64,000 nt of DNA from Clostridiales bacterium (GTDB taxonomy: Bacteria; Bacillota; Clostridia; TANB77; CAG-508), in contig JAHZIB010000005.1 in NCBI GenBank assembly GCA_019419955.1, positions 2,167-66,166 on the forward strand. The letters run 5' to 3'. Below, piece by piece: positions 1 through 10,870 of this stretch (position 1 is the stretch's first letter; every line of letters begins with the position of its first letter). The notes beneath the pieces were generated by a model that ran no database searches, was not told the DNA's origin, and worked only from the letters and a program-made list of their open reading frames with translations. Made by a program: the position numbers and the translations under genes.

Positions 1-561
1 TGGTATAAACTTTTCTATTTCTTCTTCCCTATCAACAATTAGCTTTACGGCAACAGATTGCACTCTACCTGCCGATAATCCCCTTCTTACTTTCTTCCAA
101 AGAACGGGACTAATCTTATAGCCAACTATTCTATCAAGCACACGTCTTGCCTGCTGAGCATCTGTCAAATTCATGTCTATTTTTCTTGGATGCTTTATTG
201 AATTTTGTACTGCATCCTTGGTAATTTCATTAAAAGTAACTCTGCAAGTACTATCTTCTGGAATTTGCAATATATATGCCAAATGCCACGCTATAGCTTC
301 TCCTTCACGGTCAGGGTCAGTTGCCAAAAAAACTTTTTTAGCTTTTTTAGCTTCTGCTTTCAAAGATTTAATTAAATCTCCTTTTCCTCTAATATTTATA
401 TACTCGGGTTCAAAGTCATGCTCAATATCTATCCCCATTTTAGACTTAGGTAAATCTCTAATGTGCCCCATAGAGGCAACAACTTTAGTATTTCCTCCTA
501 AAAATTTTTTTATTGTATTAGCCTTTGCCGGCGACTCAACAATTATTAATTTATCTGCCAT
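1..561 (-). CDS. topA: DNA topoisomerase I, N-terminal part (gene continues beyond the left edge)
   Basis: Not in the ORF track because there is no stop in the window. Own translation from ATG at 561 gives [38 protein letters not shown]...[17 protein letters not shown]...[24 protein letters not shown], a type IA topoisomerase TOPRIM domain. Confidence 0.85.
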   Translation of the reverse strand, partial: MADKLIIVESPAKANTIKKFLGGNTKVVASMGHIRDLPKSKMGIDIEHDFEPEYINIRGKGDLIKSLKAEAKKAKKVFLATDPDREGEAIAWHLAYILQIPEDSTCRVTFNEITKDAVQNSIKHPRKIDMNLTDAQQARRVLDRIVGYKISPVLWKKVRRGLSAGRVQSVAVKLIVDREEEIEKFIP

Positions 562-707
562 AATACCTATGTGATAAAGTTTTTTATCACATACTCCTTT
601 CTTTATTTGTCTAAATTATATGCACTTTTTATAAAAATAGTCTATATAGTATAATACAGCATTTTTTTTATTTTTGCAAGTTATTTAAAAAATTCGTAAA
701 CAATTTA

Positions 708-748
708 GTTACAGGATAATGGTTTTCAACAATCCATTATCCTGTAAC
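708..748 (-). terminator. Hairpin terminator after the small acidic ORF
   Basis: Inverted repeat GTTACAGGATAATGG (10-nt loop) CCATTATCCTGTAAC, located between the stop at 787 and the topA start. Confidence 0.5.
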
Positions 749-786
749 TTATCAATTTACATAATGCATTTTCTTGAATAATAACA

Positions 787-1101
787 TTATTCTAAAACTG
801 TTGTATCTGATATAATATCGTCAACTGTCACTGGTGTTACTTTATTATGTAGCATAATTTCTAGTAATTTATTAATTTTCGCTTCTTCATTAGAAATATT
901 ATTGACTATTTTTGATTCAATATTAAATCTTTCGTCTTTCATTATCTTTTTTACTACTTCAATTCCATATTCTCTTTTGTTTTCTTCATTAAAGTCTCTT
1001 GTTTCATAATACTCTAGTTCAATTTCTTCAATGACCTCTTTTTCATCACAGTCTGAACTGCTAATGCTAGTTTTTCCAAAGAAACTTTTTTTGTACTCCA
1101 T
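787..1101 (-). CDS. Hypothetical small acidic protein (104 aa)
   Basis: Intact ORF co-directional with its neighbours and Glu/Asp-rich. I do not recognise a family. Confidence 0.45.
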   Translation of the reverse strand: MEYKKSFFGKTSISSSDCDEKEVIEEIELEYYETRDFNEENKREYGIEVVKKIMKDERFNIESKIVNNISNEEAKINKLLEIMLHNKVTPVTVDDIISDTTVLE

Positions 1102-1233
1102 CTTTTGTGCTTCCCCCTTTCATATAAGTAAAATACTTTTTTACTATATTATAAATTTATATAAATATCAAGCACTTTCGTCTTGCAGGGTTCGACAAAA
1201 TTTGACATAAAGTAACATTATAAAAATTATACG

Positions 1234-2349
1234 TTACTTTACAACTCTTCTTATTTCCTCATATATTCTATCTTCCACATTTGGTATTGCAATTTTTTCA
1301 GCATTTTTAGCCATCTGAGCTAATCTATCTTTATTACTTATTATTTTAGTAATCTCACTACTCAAAAGCTCCGAATTCAAATCTTTATCAAGAATAATCT
1401 CGGCTGCTCCAACTTTTTCTAAAACCCTTGCATTGTATTCTTGATGGTTTTCTGTAGCAAATGGAAATGGTATAAATATTGCTGGCTTACCTGTAACAGA
1501 AATTTCTGTTATTGTCATAGCTCCACTTCTACATACAACTAAATCACATGAATTCATAATTTCTTCCATATTATAAATATAAGGTACTATTTTTACATTT
1601 TCTATATTATCTATATCTTCATTCACTTCATTCAAGCTTTGCTTAATTTTTTCATATTGTTCTGGTCCCGCTGCCCAAACTATTTGGTAATCTTTGTTCT
1701 TCTTATTTACTATTATCTCTATAAAACTCCTGTTTATGCTTCTTGCACCTTGGCTTCCTCCAAAAACCAATACCACTGGCTTATTTCCATACACTCCCAA
1801 CTGTTTCTTTATTCCTGCTTTCTCTTGCTCGGTTAAGTTTAGTTTTTTTAATTTTATTGGATTACCAGTTACTATTACATTTTGAGCATTTTTCAATCTT
1901 TTCTTCGCATCTACAAAACCAACAAGTATCGCATCTGCTCTTTTCTTGAATAGCTTAACTGCAATTCCAGGAAAAGCATTGCTTTCATGCAATACCACAG
2001 GAATTCCTAGTTTTTTCGCGGCAAAAACTACTGGAACACATATATAACCACCTGTACCTATTACAACATCAGGTTTAAACACCTGTAAAATGTTTCTAGC
2101 TTCCTTAATTGATTTAAATGTAACATATAAATTTTTAAGATTCTGCACAGTCAATTTTCTTTCTAATCCATGTGCATCTATAACTTTCAAAACATATCCT
2201 GCTCTTGGAACCAAATCATTTTCTAGCCCTCTATTTGTTCCAATAAATATAATTTGAGAATTTGGCTCTTTTTCCTTTATTTTATTTGCTATAGCTATAC
2301 CAGGATTTATATGCCCACCTGTGCCTGCCGCTGCAATTACGACCCTCAT
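1234..2349 (-). CDS. murG: UDP-N-acetylglucosamine--N-acetylmuramyl-(pentapeptide) pyrophosphoryl-undecaprenol GlcNAc transferase
   Basis: N-terminal MRVVIAAAGTGGHINPG motif and dcw context. The ATG at 2349 is preceded by AAGGGAGG; the track start at 2367 is an upstream GTG. Confidence 0.9.
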   Translation of the reverse strand: MRVVIAAAGTGGHINPGIAIANKIKEKEPNSQIIFIGTNRGLENDLVPRAGYVLKVIDAHGLERKLTVQNLKNLYVTFKSIKEARNILQVFKPDVVIGTGGYICVPVVFAAKKLGIPVVLHESNAFPGIAVKLFKKRADAILVGFVDAKKRLKNAQNVIVTGNPIKLKKLNLTEQEKAGIKKQLGVYGNKPVVLVFGGSQGARSINRSFIEIIVNKKNKDYQIVWAAGPEQYEKIKQSLNEVNEDIDNIENVKIVPYIYNMEEIMNSCDLVVCRSGAMTITEISVTGKPAIFIPFPFATENHQEYNARVLEKVGAAEIILDKDLNSELLSSEITKIISNKDRLAQMAKNAEKIAIPNVEDRIYEEIRRVVK

Positions 2350-2382
2350 GCTAACCTCCCTTTTCACTTTATCCTTCAGATA

Positions 2383-3573
2383 TTATGTCTTTGATTTTGC
2401 CTTTGAAATATTCAGCAAAATACCGCACATACCCAATAATATTACCAGAGCTGTACCACCAGCGCTAAAGAATGGAAGCGACATTCCTGTATTTGGTATA
2501 GTATTAGTAACAACTCCTATATTTATTACCACTTGTATCATAACAAGTGTAGTTATTCCTGTTGCAAGTAAACTGCCAAACATATCAGGAGACTTCATTG
2601 CTATGATAATACCTCTCCAAATGAATAATGCAAATAAAATTATAACTACTGCACATCCTATAAATCCTAATTCCTCTGCTAATATTGAAAATATAAAATC
2701 ATTTTGCGGTTCTGATACATATAAATATTTCTGTTTACTTTCTCCTAAGCCTACTCCGAATAAACCTCCTGAGCCAATTGCGTATAGACTTTGTATTGTT
2801 TGCCATCCTGTTCCTGTTGGGTCTTGCCATGGATCCATATAATTTAATATTCTATCAATTCTAAAGTTTGCACTTGATGCGCTCTCTCCTGCCGTTGCTA
2901 AAAATACTCCTAAAGCAGTAGCTCCTAATCCACCAACAACTACCCCTGTCAAAATGAAGTGTAAAAGTCTACAACCTGCCATTATCATCATTACAAATGT
3001 AATCGATGCCATAACTATACCAACACTCATGTGGTTTTGAATAAAGAAAGCTATTCCAACTGGTGGAACTAAAAACAATAGTGGTTTTATAAAGCCTTTC
3101 GTAAAACTCCTAAGTTCATCCTTATGATCTGTCAAATATCCTGCATAAAATATTATCATTCCCACTTTTGTTAACTCTGATGGTTGAAATCTCGAAAAAC
3201 CTAAATCAATCCACCTTGTTGCTCCACTTACATTAACACCTAAACCTGGTATTAAAACAAGTAAAAGTGCTCCAACTGATAGCCAATATATTGGCCAATA
3301 TAATTTTTTATATATTCTATAATCTACTTTAGAAAAAAACCACATTGTAGCTAGACCAAGTACAGCAAATATAACCTGCTTTGTTACATATGTATAACTA
3401 TCTCCTGTTTCAGCAAGTGCTGATGGAGCACTTGCCGATAGAACCATGACAATACCAAATGACAACAGTATTATTATTATTACTACTAAAACAAAATCTA
3501 TTTGTGGTCTTTTCCTTTGTACTCCCCCTACTTTATTAATATTTTTAGTTTTATTTTGCATTCTGTATATCAA
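2383..3573 (-). CDS. ftsW: SEDS-family peptidoglycan glycosyltransferase FtsW/SpoVE
   Basis: Polytopic membrane protein with the C-terminal GMSLPFFSAGGTALV SEDS signature. TTG start with GGAAAGGA upstream; dcw position between mraY and murG. Confidence 0.85.
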   Translation of the reverse strand: MIYRMQNKTKNINKVGGVQRKRPQIDFVLVVIIIILLSFGIVMVLSASAPSALAETGDSYTYVTKQVIFAVLGLATMWFFSKVDYRIYKKLYWPIYWLSVGALLLVLIPGLGVNVSGATRWIDLGFSRFQPSELTKVGMIIFYAGYLTDHKDELRSFTKGFIKPLLFLVPPVGIAFFIQNHMSVGIVMASITFVMMIMAGCRLLHFILTGVVVGGLGATALGVFLATAGESASSANFRIDRILNYMDPWQDPTGTGWQTIQSLYAIGSGGLFGVGLGESKQKYLYVSEPQNDFIFSILAEELGFIGCAVVIILFALFIWRGIIIAMKSPDMFGSLLATGITTLVMIQVVINIGVVTNTIPNTGMSLPFFSAGGTALVILLGMCGILLNISKAKSKT

Positions 3574-3691
3574 TCCTTTCCGAATTGCAAAATCCTCTTT
3601 TTAAATTCTTTAGTTTTATGATACCTCTTTTACTCATAGTTTTTTAAACATGTATATTCCAAAACTCTATTTTTGAATATGCAATATCTAA

Positions 3692-4669
3692 TTAAATTGC
3701 AAATAATCCAATAACGCAAAATACTAACGTTATTAAGCTAAAAACAGAAACTATTTTGTTTTCCTTCCATCCTGATAATTCAAAATGGTGGTGTATTGGT
3801 GTCATTTTAAATATTCTATTACCAGTTTTCTTAAAATATGCAACCTGTATCATTACAGATAATGTTTCAATAATTGGTATTATAGCAATTATTAGAAGTA
3901 ACAATGGCATTTTTAAATACAGTGCTATACCTGCTATTGCTCCACCAAGCATTAAAGAGCCCGTATCTCCCATCATGACTTTTGCTGGGTTTAAATTAAA
4001 TAATAAGAAACCTAAACATGCACCAATTAAAATTGCTCCCACTATTGTAACCTCTTTTACACCAAGTAATATTGAAATCACAGTTAAACAAGTAATAATT
4101 ATTGTTGTTACACTTGTAGACAAACCATCAATTCCATCTGTTAAATTTATTGCATTTGTTGTAGCAAGCATAACTAATACAGCAAAGATTACATATAACC
4201 AGACTGGAAGCGTAATATATTCTTTTACAAAAGGAATATATATATCTGTTCCTATTCCAAATACGTTTATAAGTATAATAGTATATGCAACTGCAATTAC
4301 TAATAATCCAAGCATTTTCGCTTTAGGGCTTAACCCCTTTGTATTCTTTAATATCAATTTTTTAAAATCATCTATAAATCCTATCAATCCAAAACCTACT
4401 GCTACACCAATTAGTGGAATTATTGCTTTTGCAATCTCTGATTGGTCCTTCATGTATTCGAAATATGCAAATACTCCTAAAGTCACCAACGTTATTCCCA
4501 TGATTATTCCACCCATCGTTGGTGTACCCTGTTTCTTCAAATGAGACTGCGGTCCCTCTTGTCTTTCAAATTGCCCTATTTTTAATCTTCGCAATACTGG
4601 TACAATTATCAAGGATAATATTACGCTTACCGCAAAAGAAAGTAGTAATATCTTATTCTGATATTGCAT
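3692..4669 (-). CDS. mraY: Phospho-N-acetylmuramoyl-pentapeptide transferase
   Basis: Typical MraY sequence (GTPTMGG, NLTDGIDGL, MMGDTGSL, HHHFE) in dcw context. Confidence 0.92.
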   Translation of the reverse strand: MQYQNKILLLSFAVSVILSLIIVPVLRRLKIGQFERQEGPQSHLKKQGTPTMGGIIMGITLVTLGVFAYFEYMKDQSEIAKAIIPLIGVAVGFGLIGFIDDFKKLILKNTKGLSPKAKMLGLLVIAVAYTIILINVFGIGTDIYIPFVKEYITLPVWLYVIFAVLVMLATTNAINLTDGIDGLSTSVTTIIITCLTVISILLGVKEVTIVGAILIGACLGFLLFNLNPAKVMMGDTGSLMLGGAIAGIALYLKMPLLLLIIAIIPIIETLSVMIQVAYFKKTGNRIFKMTPIHHHFELSGWKENKIVSVFSLITLVFCVIGLFAI

Positions 4670-4707
4670 ATATTTTCCTCCTTTGATTTACTATGAATGA
4701 AAGATAA

Positions 4708-6186
4708 TTATCTTTCATTCTCTATTATTTCATTCACTATTATTCTCTCATCAAATGGGTACTTTTTCTTGTTTATCTCCTGTGTAATTTCATGTCCTTT
4801 TCCAGCTAGAACAATTATATCTTTTTTATTAGCCATTTTAATTGCTTTTTTAATTGCTTCTACTCTATCTACTATACATTCATATTTGCCGTTAGTAGCT
4901 TTTATTCCTTCCTCTATATCATTTATAATTGCTTGTGGCTCTTCTGTTCTAGGATTATCTGAAGTTAGAATTGTATAGTCTGCTACTCTACCTGAAACCT
5001 CACCCATCATAGGTCTTTTTCTCTTGTCTCTATCTCCTCCACATCCAAATACTGAAATAACTCTACCTTTTGTATATATCTTTACTGTAGACAGTATCTT
5101 TTCCAAGCTTTCTGGGGTATGCGCATAGTCTATCATAATTGTAAGTCCAAGTTTATTGTCTACAAGTTCACTTCTTCCTGGTACTCTAATATTTATTAGT
5201 GCCTCTTTTATATTTTCATTACTACAACCAAACTGCATTGCAACAGCAATGGCTACTAAAGAATTATATACACTAAATCTTCCAGGTATAGAAACTTTTA
5301 TTCTTTCATTTCTATCACCAATCTTAACTTTGTAATCAACATATTGATTTGTAACAGTAATATCTTTTGCAAGTACATCACAATGATTATCAATTCCAAA
5401 TGTTGTTATTTGGCATTCTGGTACAAGCTTTGGAACCATAGCTGCATATATATCGTCAGCATTCACAAAACCCTTCTTACACATTTTAAACAACTTAAGT
5501 TTCGAATTAAAGTAATCCTCAATGTCGTTATGTTCTTTTTCACTTATATGGTCTTCTGCCAAATTTGTAAATATTCCATAATCAAAGTCACATCCTGCCA
5601 CTCTGTCTAATTTTAGACTTTGTGATGACACTTCCATAACAATTACTTCGCATTTTTCTTCTACCATTTTGCTAAAAATTTCTTGAAGCTGTAGGCTTTC
5701 TGGAGTAGTAATATCATTGTCCGCAATTTTTTTACCTCCAACATATGAAGCCACAGTACCAATTAGGCCTACCCTTATGCCTTGTTTTTCCAAAATGTCT
5801 TTTATCATATACGTTGTTGTTGTTTTTCCCTTTGTACCTGTAACCCCAATAAGTTTCACCTTTTTTGAAGGATTCTTATAAAAGTTGCAAGCTGCAATAG
5901 CCAAAGCATATCTTGTGTCATTTGTTAATATCAAAGTTACATTATCCAAATTTGTTTTCAAAAAGTTTTTATCTATCTCACCCTCTTGAGCCATAATAAC
6001 TCTTGCACCATTATCTATAGCTTCTTCTATATGTTCATGCCCATCAAAATCAAATCCTTTTATGGCAACAAACATATCTCCTTTTTGAACCTTTTTAGAA
6101 TTATTACTTATGTTAGGAATGTCAATATCTAAATTTCCCTTTACCTTTAAGTTATCTAAACCTGCTAAAATAGCTTTCAATTCCAT
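4708..6186 (-). CDS. murE: UDP-N-acetylmuramoyl-L-alanyl-D-glutamate--2,6-diaminopimelate ligase
   Basis: Mur ligase P-loop GVTGTKGKTTT and a DNPR motif (TSDNPRTEEP). The start is placed at ATG 6186 (MELKAILAGL) with AAAGGGGA upstream; the track start at 6216 is also possible. Confidence 0.85.
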   Translation of the reverse strand: MELKAILAGLDNLKVKGNLDIDIPNISNNSKKVQKGDMFVAIKGFDFDGHEHIEEAIDNGARVIMAQEGEIDKNFLKTNLDNVTLILTNDTRYALAIAACNFYKNPSKKVKLIGVTGTKGKTTTTYMIKDILEKQGIRVGLIGTVASYVGGKKIADNDITTPESLQLQEIFSKMVEEKCEVIVMEVSSQSLKLDRVAGCDFDYGIFTNLAEDHISEKEHNDIEDYFNSKLKLFKMCKKGFVNADDIYAAMVPKLVPECQITTFGIDNHCDVLAKDITVTNQYVDYKVKIGDRNERIKVSIPGRFSVYNSLVAIAVAMQFGCSNENIKEALINIRVPGRSELVDNKLGLTIMIDYAHTPESLEKILSTVKIYTKGRVISVFGCGGDRDKRKRPMMGEVSGRVADYTILTSDNPRTEEPQAIINDIEEGIKATNGKYECIVDRVEAIKKAIKMANKKDIIVLAGKGHEITQEINKKKYPFDERIIVNEIIENER

Positions 6187-6370
6187 AAAAAAGTTTCCCC
6201 TTTCTCTCAACTTCAAAATATGCCGTTTACATTATATAACTATTTTTCGTTTTTGTACATACTTTGACATTTTTTTCTTTATTTTTATTATTTTCTCTTT
6301 GTTTTCCCTATAAAAAACATTATATTTTTAACATCCACCTTTTAATTTTCCTTAAAAATTTTATCCTATT

Positions 6371-8587
6371 CTAATATTCCACACTCACATTCGTTCCCTC
6401 ATATATTTCTATTCCTGCAACAGGCACCTGCCTTGTAACTATTTTATCAGAAATCTCCTCTTCAGTGTCCTCATAACTAATATTCAATCCAACACTTTCT
6501 AATTCTTTCTTTGCCTCAGCTATACTTAATCCTGTTATATTTGGCACTTCTACTTCTCTTCTTATTTCTTCTTCCTGTACATTATCCTTTTGCACTTCTA
6601 AGTATGGCAATATCTCGCCCAATATTTGTGAGCCAATTGGTGCAGCTACACCGCCTCCTTGGTGCCCTCCTTCACCAGTTGGATTATATAACGTTATTAG
6701 CACTACCACTTGAGGGTCTGAAACTGGTGCCACTCCTACAAAAGATGTAACATATTTTCCAGTATTTACCCCATCTTCTGATGTTCCTGTTTTTCCTCCG
6801 ATAGAGTATCCAGCCACTTGCGCATTTTTTCCTGTTCCCTCTGCCACAACTGACCCCATCATACTTAGCACACCTTCTGCAGTTTCTTTAGTAATTACTC
6901 TTTCTTTTTCCTCTACTGGAATATCTGTAACTTCACCTGTCTGACTGTCGATAATTCTCTTTACCACACGTGGTTTTACATATGTACCTTTATTAGCTAT
7001 GGTACTTACTGCTGTAATCATTTGTATTGGCGTTATTTCAAATCTCTGCCCAAACGAGATTGTAGCAAGTTCAACTGGTCCTACCTTATCTTCTTTCAAA
7101 AATATACTGCCAGCCTCTCCTGGTAAATCTATCCCAGTCCTCTTTAATAACCCAAACTTTTCAAGATAGTCATAATATTTACTTACACCAATTTCCTGAC
7201 CTAATCCTATAAAAACTGGGTTACAAGAATTCATAAGAGCCTGCCTCAAGCTTTCTGAGCCATGTGGGTTATAATATCTCCAACAGCTAATTCTAACTCC
7301 AGCAACTGTTATTCCACCTGTACAACAAAATTCCCCTTCTTTATCTGTAGTAGTAATTCCTTCTTCCAATGCGGCAGATGCCGTAACTAGCTTGAATGTT
7401 GAACCTGGTTCATATGTATCTGCTACTGCTTTATTTCTCCAAACTTTCTGCATTTCTTTTATCTGGTCTGTCTCCGACATACTATCCCAATTCCCCTTTA
7501 ACTCCTCAATGCAAGTCTCATATGGTTCATTTAAATTGTAGTTTGGATATCCTGCCATTGCCAAAATATCTCCAGTTTTAGGGTTCATAGCAATAATGTT
7601 TCCACCATCTGTACACTCATTATCTATACATGCCTCTTTCAAATATTTCTCCACTATTCCTTGAATTGTCGCATCAATACTAAGCACTAAATCATTTCCA
7701 TCAATTGCAGAAATATAATTCTCTCCTTCATCCTTAATTTCTCCTCCATTTGCATCAGTTACCTTTGTAATTCTTCCTTTTTCTCCTTTTAATTCTTCTT
7801 CATAAATGGCTTCAATTCCATCTAGCCCTTGATTATCTGAACCGCAAAAACCTATAACCTGAGACGCCAAAGTATTGTATGGGTAATATCTTTTTGTATC
7901 TTCATCAATATTTATTCCTTTACTTATACCATTATCTGACATCCAAACCCTTAATTCATCGGCTTTTTCCTTATCAACTTTTCTAGCAATTGTTTCTATT
8001 GATGAATTCCTTTTTACTCTCTTTAAAACAGTATCATAGTCCAACTCAAAAATATTGCTAAGAGCCTCTGCAACTTTTTCTTTATCATGTTTCGCAATAT
8101 TGTTAGGATTTACTGTTATAGTATTTACTGTACTACTTACTGCTAAAATCGTTTTTCCTGTGGCATCATATATTGTTCCTCTCCTTGGATTTACAGCTCT
8201 ATCTAAGCTCTGTTGTTCCAATGCCATCTGTTTTAATTCATCTCCCATAACAAATTGTATCCATGCAATTCTACACAAGAATATAACTGCAACTAGAAAT
8301 ACAATTAAAATCCAATATTTCATTCTTTTTCTTCTTGTTATCTCACTGTGTTTCTCTTCAACTTTTGTGTTATCTTTTTTTATCTGCTTTTTGTATTTTC
8401 TATTTTGCTTACTCTCTAGTTTCTTTTTTAGTTTCTCTATATTCTCTCCCTTCTCTGTTTTTCTATCTTTCTTTAATTTGGCTAATTCTTTTTTGTGAAT
8501 TCTTAAGCCGGCACCTTTTCTTCTTTCGTCTATTCTCGTTTTTCTTACTTTTCGCATTGCCAACATCATTCCCCCTTTAAAGCACAA
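6371..8587 (-). CDS. Class B penicillin-binding protein (SpoVD/PBP2B-like) with C-terminal PASTA domain and Lys-rich N-terminal extension
   Basis: Transpeptidase motifs STFK, SCN and KTGT, plus one PASTA-like C-terminal domain. About 90 aa of K/R/E-rich sequence precede the TM helix. The start is uncertain (in-frame ATG/TTG at 8569-8557 behind GGGGGA). Confidence 0.85.
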   Translation of the reverse strand: MCFKGGMMLAMRKVRKTRIDERRKGAGLRIHKKELAKLKKDRKTEKGENIEKLKKKLESKQNRKYKKQIKKDNTKVEEKHSEITRRKRMKYWILIVFLVAVIFLCRIAWIQFVMGDELKQMALEQQSLDRAVNPRRGTIYDATGKTILAVSSTVNTITVNPNNIAKHDKEKVAEALSNIFELDYDTVLKRVKRNSSIETIARKVDKEKADELRVWMSDNGISKGINIDEDTKRYYPYNTLASQVIGFCGSDNQGLDGIEAIYEEELKGEKGRITKVTDANGGEIKDEGENYISAIDGNDLVLSIDATIQGIVEKYLKEACIDNECTDGGNIIAMNPKTGDILAMAGYPNYNLNEPYETCIEELKGNWDSMSETDQIKEMQKVWRNKAVADTYEPGSTFKLVTASAALEEGITTTDKEGEFCCTGGITVAGVRISCWRYYNPHGSESLRQALMNSCNPVFIGLGQEIGVSKYYDYLEKFGLLKRTGIDLPGEAGSIFLKEDKVGPVELATISFGQRFEITPIQMITAVSTIANKGTYVKPRVVKRIIDSQTGEVTDIPVEEKERVITKETAEGVLSMMGSVVAEGTGKNAQVAGYSIGGKTGTSEDGVNTGKYVTSFVGVAPVSDPQVVVLITLYNPTGEGGHQGGGVAAPIGSQILGEILPYLEVQKDNVQEEEIRREVEVPNITGLSIAEAKKELESVGLNISYEDTEEEISDKIVTRQVPVAGIEIYEGTNVSVEY

Positions 8588-8728
8588 ATATTTCTAAGTT
8601 GCATGAGAACGCTATTAAAAGAACCTGTGTAGAACCATTATTAATGCCTCATTAAATATTTTGTCTTAAAACAATTTTATTCAGACGAACAAAAAAAAGA
8701 CTAAAATATACGTATAATATTTTAATCT

Positions 8729-9238
8729 TTACTTTCCTAGGACTGTATTTAACATTTTATCTAACCACTTTCCATCCTCTTGTATTACAACTTCTTCACT
8801 TGCTGGTTCAACATAATCTTTTTTATCTAAACTAATATATACTTTTTGGCTGTTGTCTAATTTTTGCATGCCAAGTCTCTTTTCAGCTAATTTTTCAATG
8901 TTAGTTAAATTCATATTATTCTCCAAGCTTACCCTTAATTGTTCATTTTCCTTTTGTATTGCCGCCAATTGGGTTTTTAGACTATCATTATGATTAAAAC
9001 TTTCATTAATCAAAGAGTTTCTATAACTTATAACAAATAATGCTGTAAATATTAGAAGTACATATATAATCGCCTTAATATGTGATTTAAACTGGGCCTT
9101 TTGTTTTGTTTTGCTTGCCTTCTTACTTAATGTTGAATTTTTTTTTCTTTGGTAATTTTCTCGAATTGGCTCATATTCAGGTTCTAATTTTCTAGGGCTA
9201 GTCTCGTATTGATATCTACTATACCTATAATTTGCCAT
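8729..9238 (-). CDS. FtsL/DivIC-like septum formation protein
   Basis: Bitopic protein with a basic N-terminus, one TM helix and a coiled-coil segment (LKTQLAAIQKENEQLRVSLE). It sits in the canonical position between rsmH and the PBP. Confidence 0.55.
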   Translation of the reverse strand: MANYRYSRYQYETSPRKLEPEYEPIRENYQRKKNSTLSKKASKTKQKAQFKSHIKAIIYVLLIFTALFVISYRNSLINESFNHNDSLKTQLAAIQKENEQLRVSLENNMNLTNIEKLAEKRLGMQKLDNSQKVYISLDKKDYVEPASEEVVIQEDGKWLDKMLNTVLGK

Positions 9239-9311
9239 AAGTTATCTCACCTCTCTTCTTTTTTAATAAGATTAATCTATCACTTATTTAATTTAATTTT
9301 CACTATAATAA

Positions 9312-10254
9312 TTATTTCACTTTTTCTTTTCTTTCAAAAATTCTCAATTTTGCACTTTTACTTCTGCTGTTTTCCTTTTGCTCCTCCTCAGATGGAACTA
9401 TTGGCTTTTTAGTTATAATTCTGCCATATGAAATATAATTGCATATGCAATATGGTAAATCCTTTGGGCAAGTACACCTTCCTTGCGCTTCTATAAAAGC
9501 TTCTTTAACAGCTCTATCCTCTAATGAGTGAAAAGTTATAATTGCTATTCTTCCATTTTCTTTAAGCAACTTAATACTATTTAATACTGTATTGTACAAT
9601 GGCTTTATTTCATCATTAACTTCTATCCTCAAAGCTTGAAAAGTCCTTTTGGCTGGATGTCCATCTTTCTGTTTTGAAATTGGAATAGAATTTCTTATTA
9701 TATCAACAAGTTGTTCTGTAGTCTCTATACGTTTCTCTTGCCTTACCTTGCATATATTTCTCGCAATTGAATTAGAAAACTTTTCTTCCCCATATTCTGA
9801 AAATATCTTTGTCAAATCTTCTTCTGAATAATCATTTACAACATCCTCGGCAGTAAGTTTTTGTGACGTATCCATCCTCATATCCAATTTAGCATCTTGC
9901 ATATAGCTAAAGCCTCTACTCTTCTCATCTAACTGATATGAAGACACTCCCAAATCTAACAAAATACCATCAACTTTATCTATACCCAATTTTTCAAGTA
10001 TCTCTCTAATTTCATCATGATTCCCATGGATGTACTTCACATTATTATAATTATACAATCTTTTTTTAGCAGAATTTAAAGCATCTTCATCTCTATCAAT
10101 TCCAATTAGTAAGCCATTATCAGATAATCTTTTTACAATTTCTTCACTATGACCTGCTCCACCGCATTGTACCATCCACGTAAACACCATTTGGTTTTAT
10201 CTTTAGACCTTCTATACATTCATTTAATAATACGCTTTTATGCTTAAATTCCAA
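9312..10254 (-). CDS. rsmH: 16S rRNA (cytosine1402-N4)-methyltransferase RsmH, interrupted by a +1 frame break at in-frame CGG (10164-10162)
   Basis: A TTG start at 10254 behind GAGGTG gives (M)[29 protein letters not shown], then CGG and a 0-frame stop at 10149-10147. The track ORF 9312..10190 supplies [13 protein letters not shown] onward. Skipping C10164 restores the conserved YVDGTxGGAGHS SAM motif with no gap. Confidence 0.8.
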
Positions 10255-10289
10255 TGACTACACCTCATAGATTATTTTATAGCACAATC

Positions 10290-10313
10290 AGTTGGTATAT
10301 TATTATACCAACT
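10290..10313 (-). promoter_or_regulatory. Candidate internal promoter/operator for rsmH-dcw (extended -10 inside a palindrome)
   Basis: Perfect palindrome AGTTGGTATA-TTAT-TATACCAACT. On the minus strand it reads TGgTATAAT (extended -10, 10310-10302), about 45 nt upstream of the rsmH SD. Confidence 0.35.
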
Positions 10314-10452
10314 GTATGCTATTCTTAAAATCACCTTATAGTAAGCTTTTTCATTAGTTTAACTCAATCCTTTGTTCTTTATTTAGCAAGTTTTCCAACT
10401 TATTTCCTCTGTATATGCATAATATTTCTTCTATAGTTTCTTATATAATTTT

Positions 10453-10870
10453 TTATCTTTTGTAAATGCTTTATGTATAAACAATCAACATTTTATCTTT
10501 TGAAGCTTAAAATATCTTTTGTTTAATTAACTCTTTTGTTATAATCTTTTTATGATGCTTTTCTTTTGTATAAATTCTCTATAAAAATTTTATCTTTTGT
10601 TTAACATAAATGTTCTCTGTAATTTTCGTCTTTAGTTATAATATCTACAATCAACTTTATCTTTTGTTTAATTCTCTTTTTTCTTTTGTATAGCATGCAT
10701 TTTACCAACACTTTATTTTAAACTGTCAGTCACACATTATATTATAAGTTTTTTTATCTAATAGCAAAATATGCTACTGATTTAACTCTTTGGTTAATTT
10801 AAAAATTTATCTTTTGTTTACAAATGAGGATTAAAATCTTTTGTACTTTATATTTTTATCTTTTGTTTTT
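10453..10870. repeat. Non-coding array of about 11 same-orientation copies of (T)TATCTTTTGT(TTA) between mraZ and rsmH
   Basis: Copies start near 10453, 10493, 10513, 10531, 10561, 10590, 10657, 10681, 10807, 10836 and 10857 (+ strand). Two longer units ACAATCAAC(A)TTTTATCTTTTG lie at 10481 and 10646. No credible ORF on either strand. Confidence 0.7.

Noticed and set aside
10453-10870. CRISPR array as the interpretation of the mraZ-rsmH repeats.
   Set aside because: The repeat unit is only 9 to 14 nt, spacers range from 9 to over 100 nt, there is no palindromic repeat, and no cas genes are in the window.
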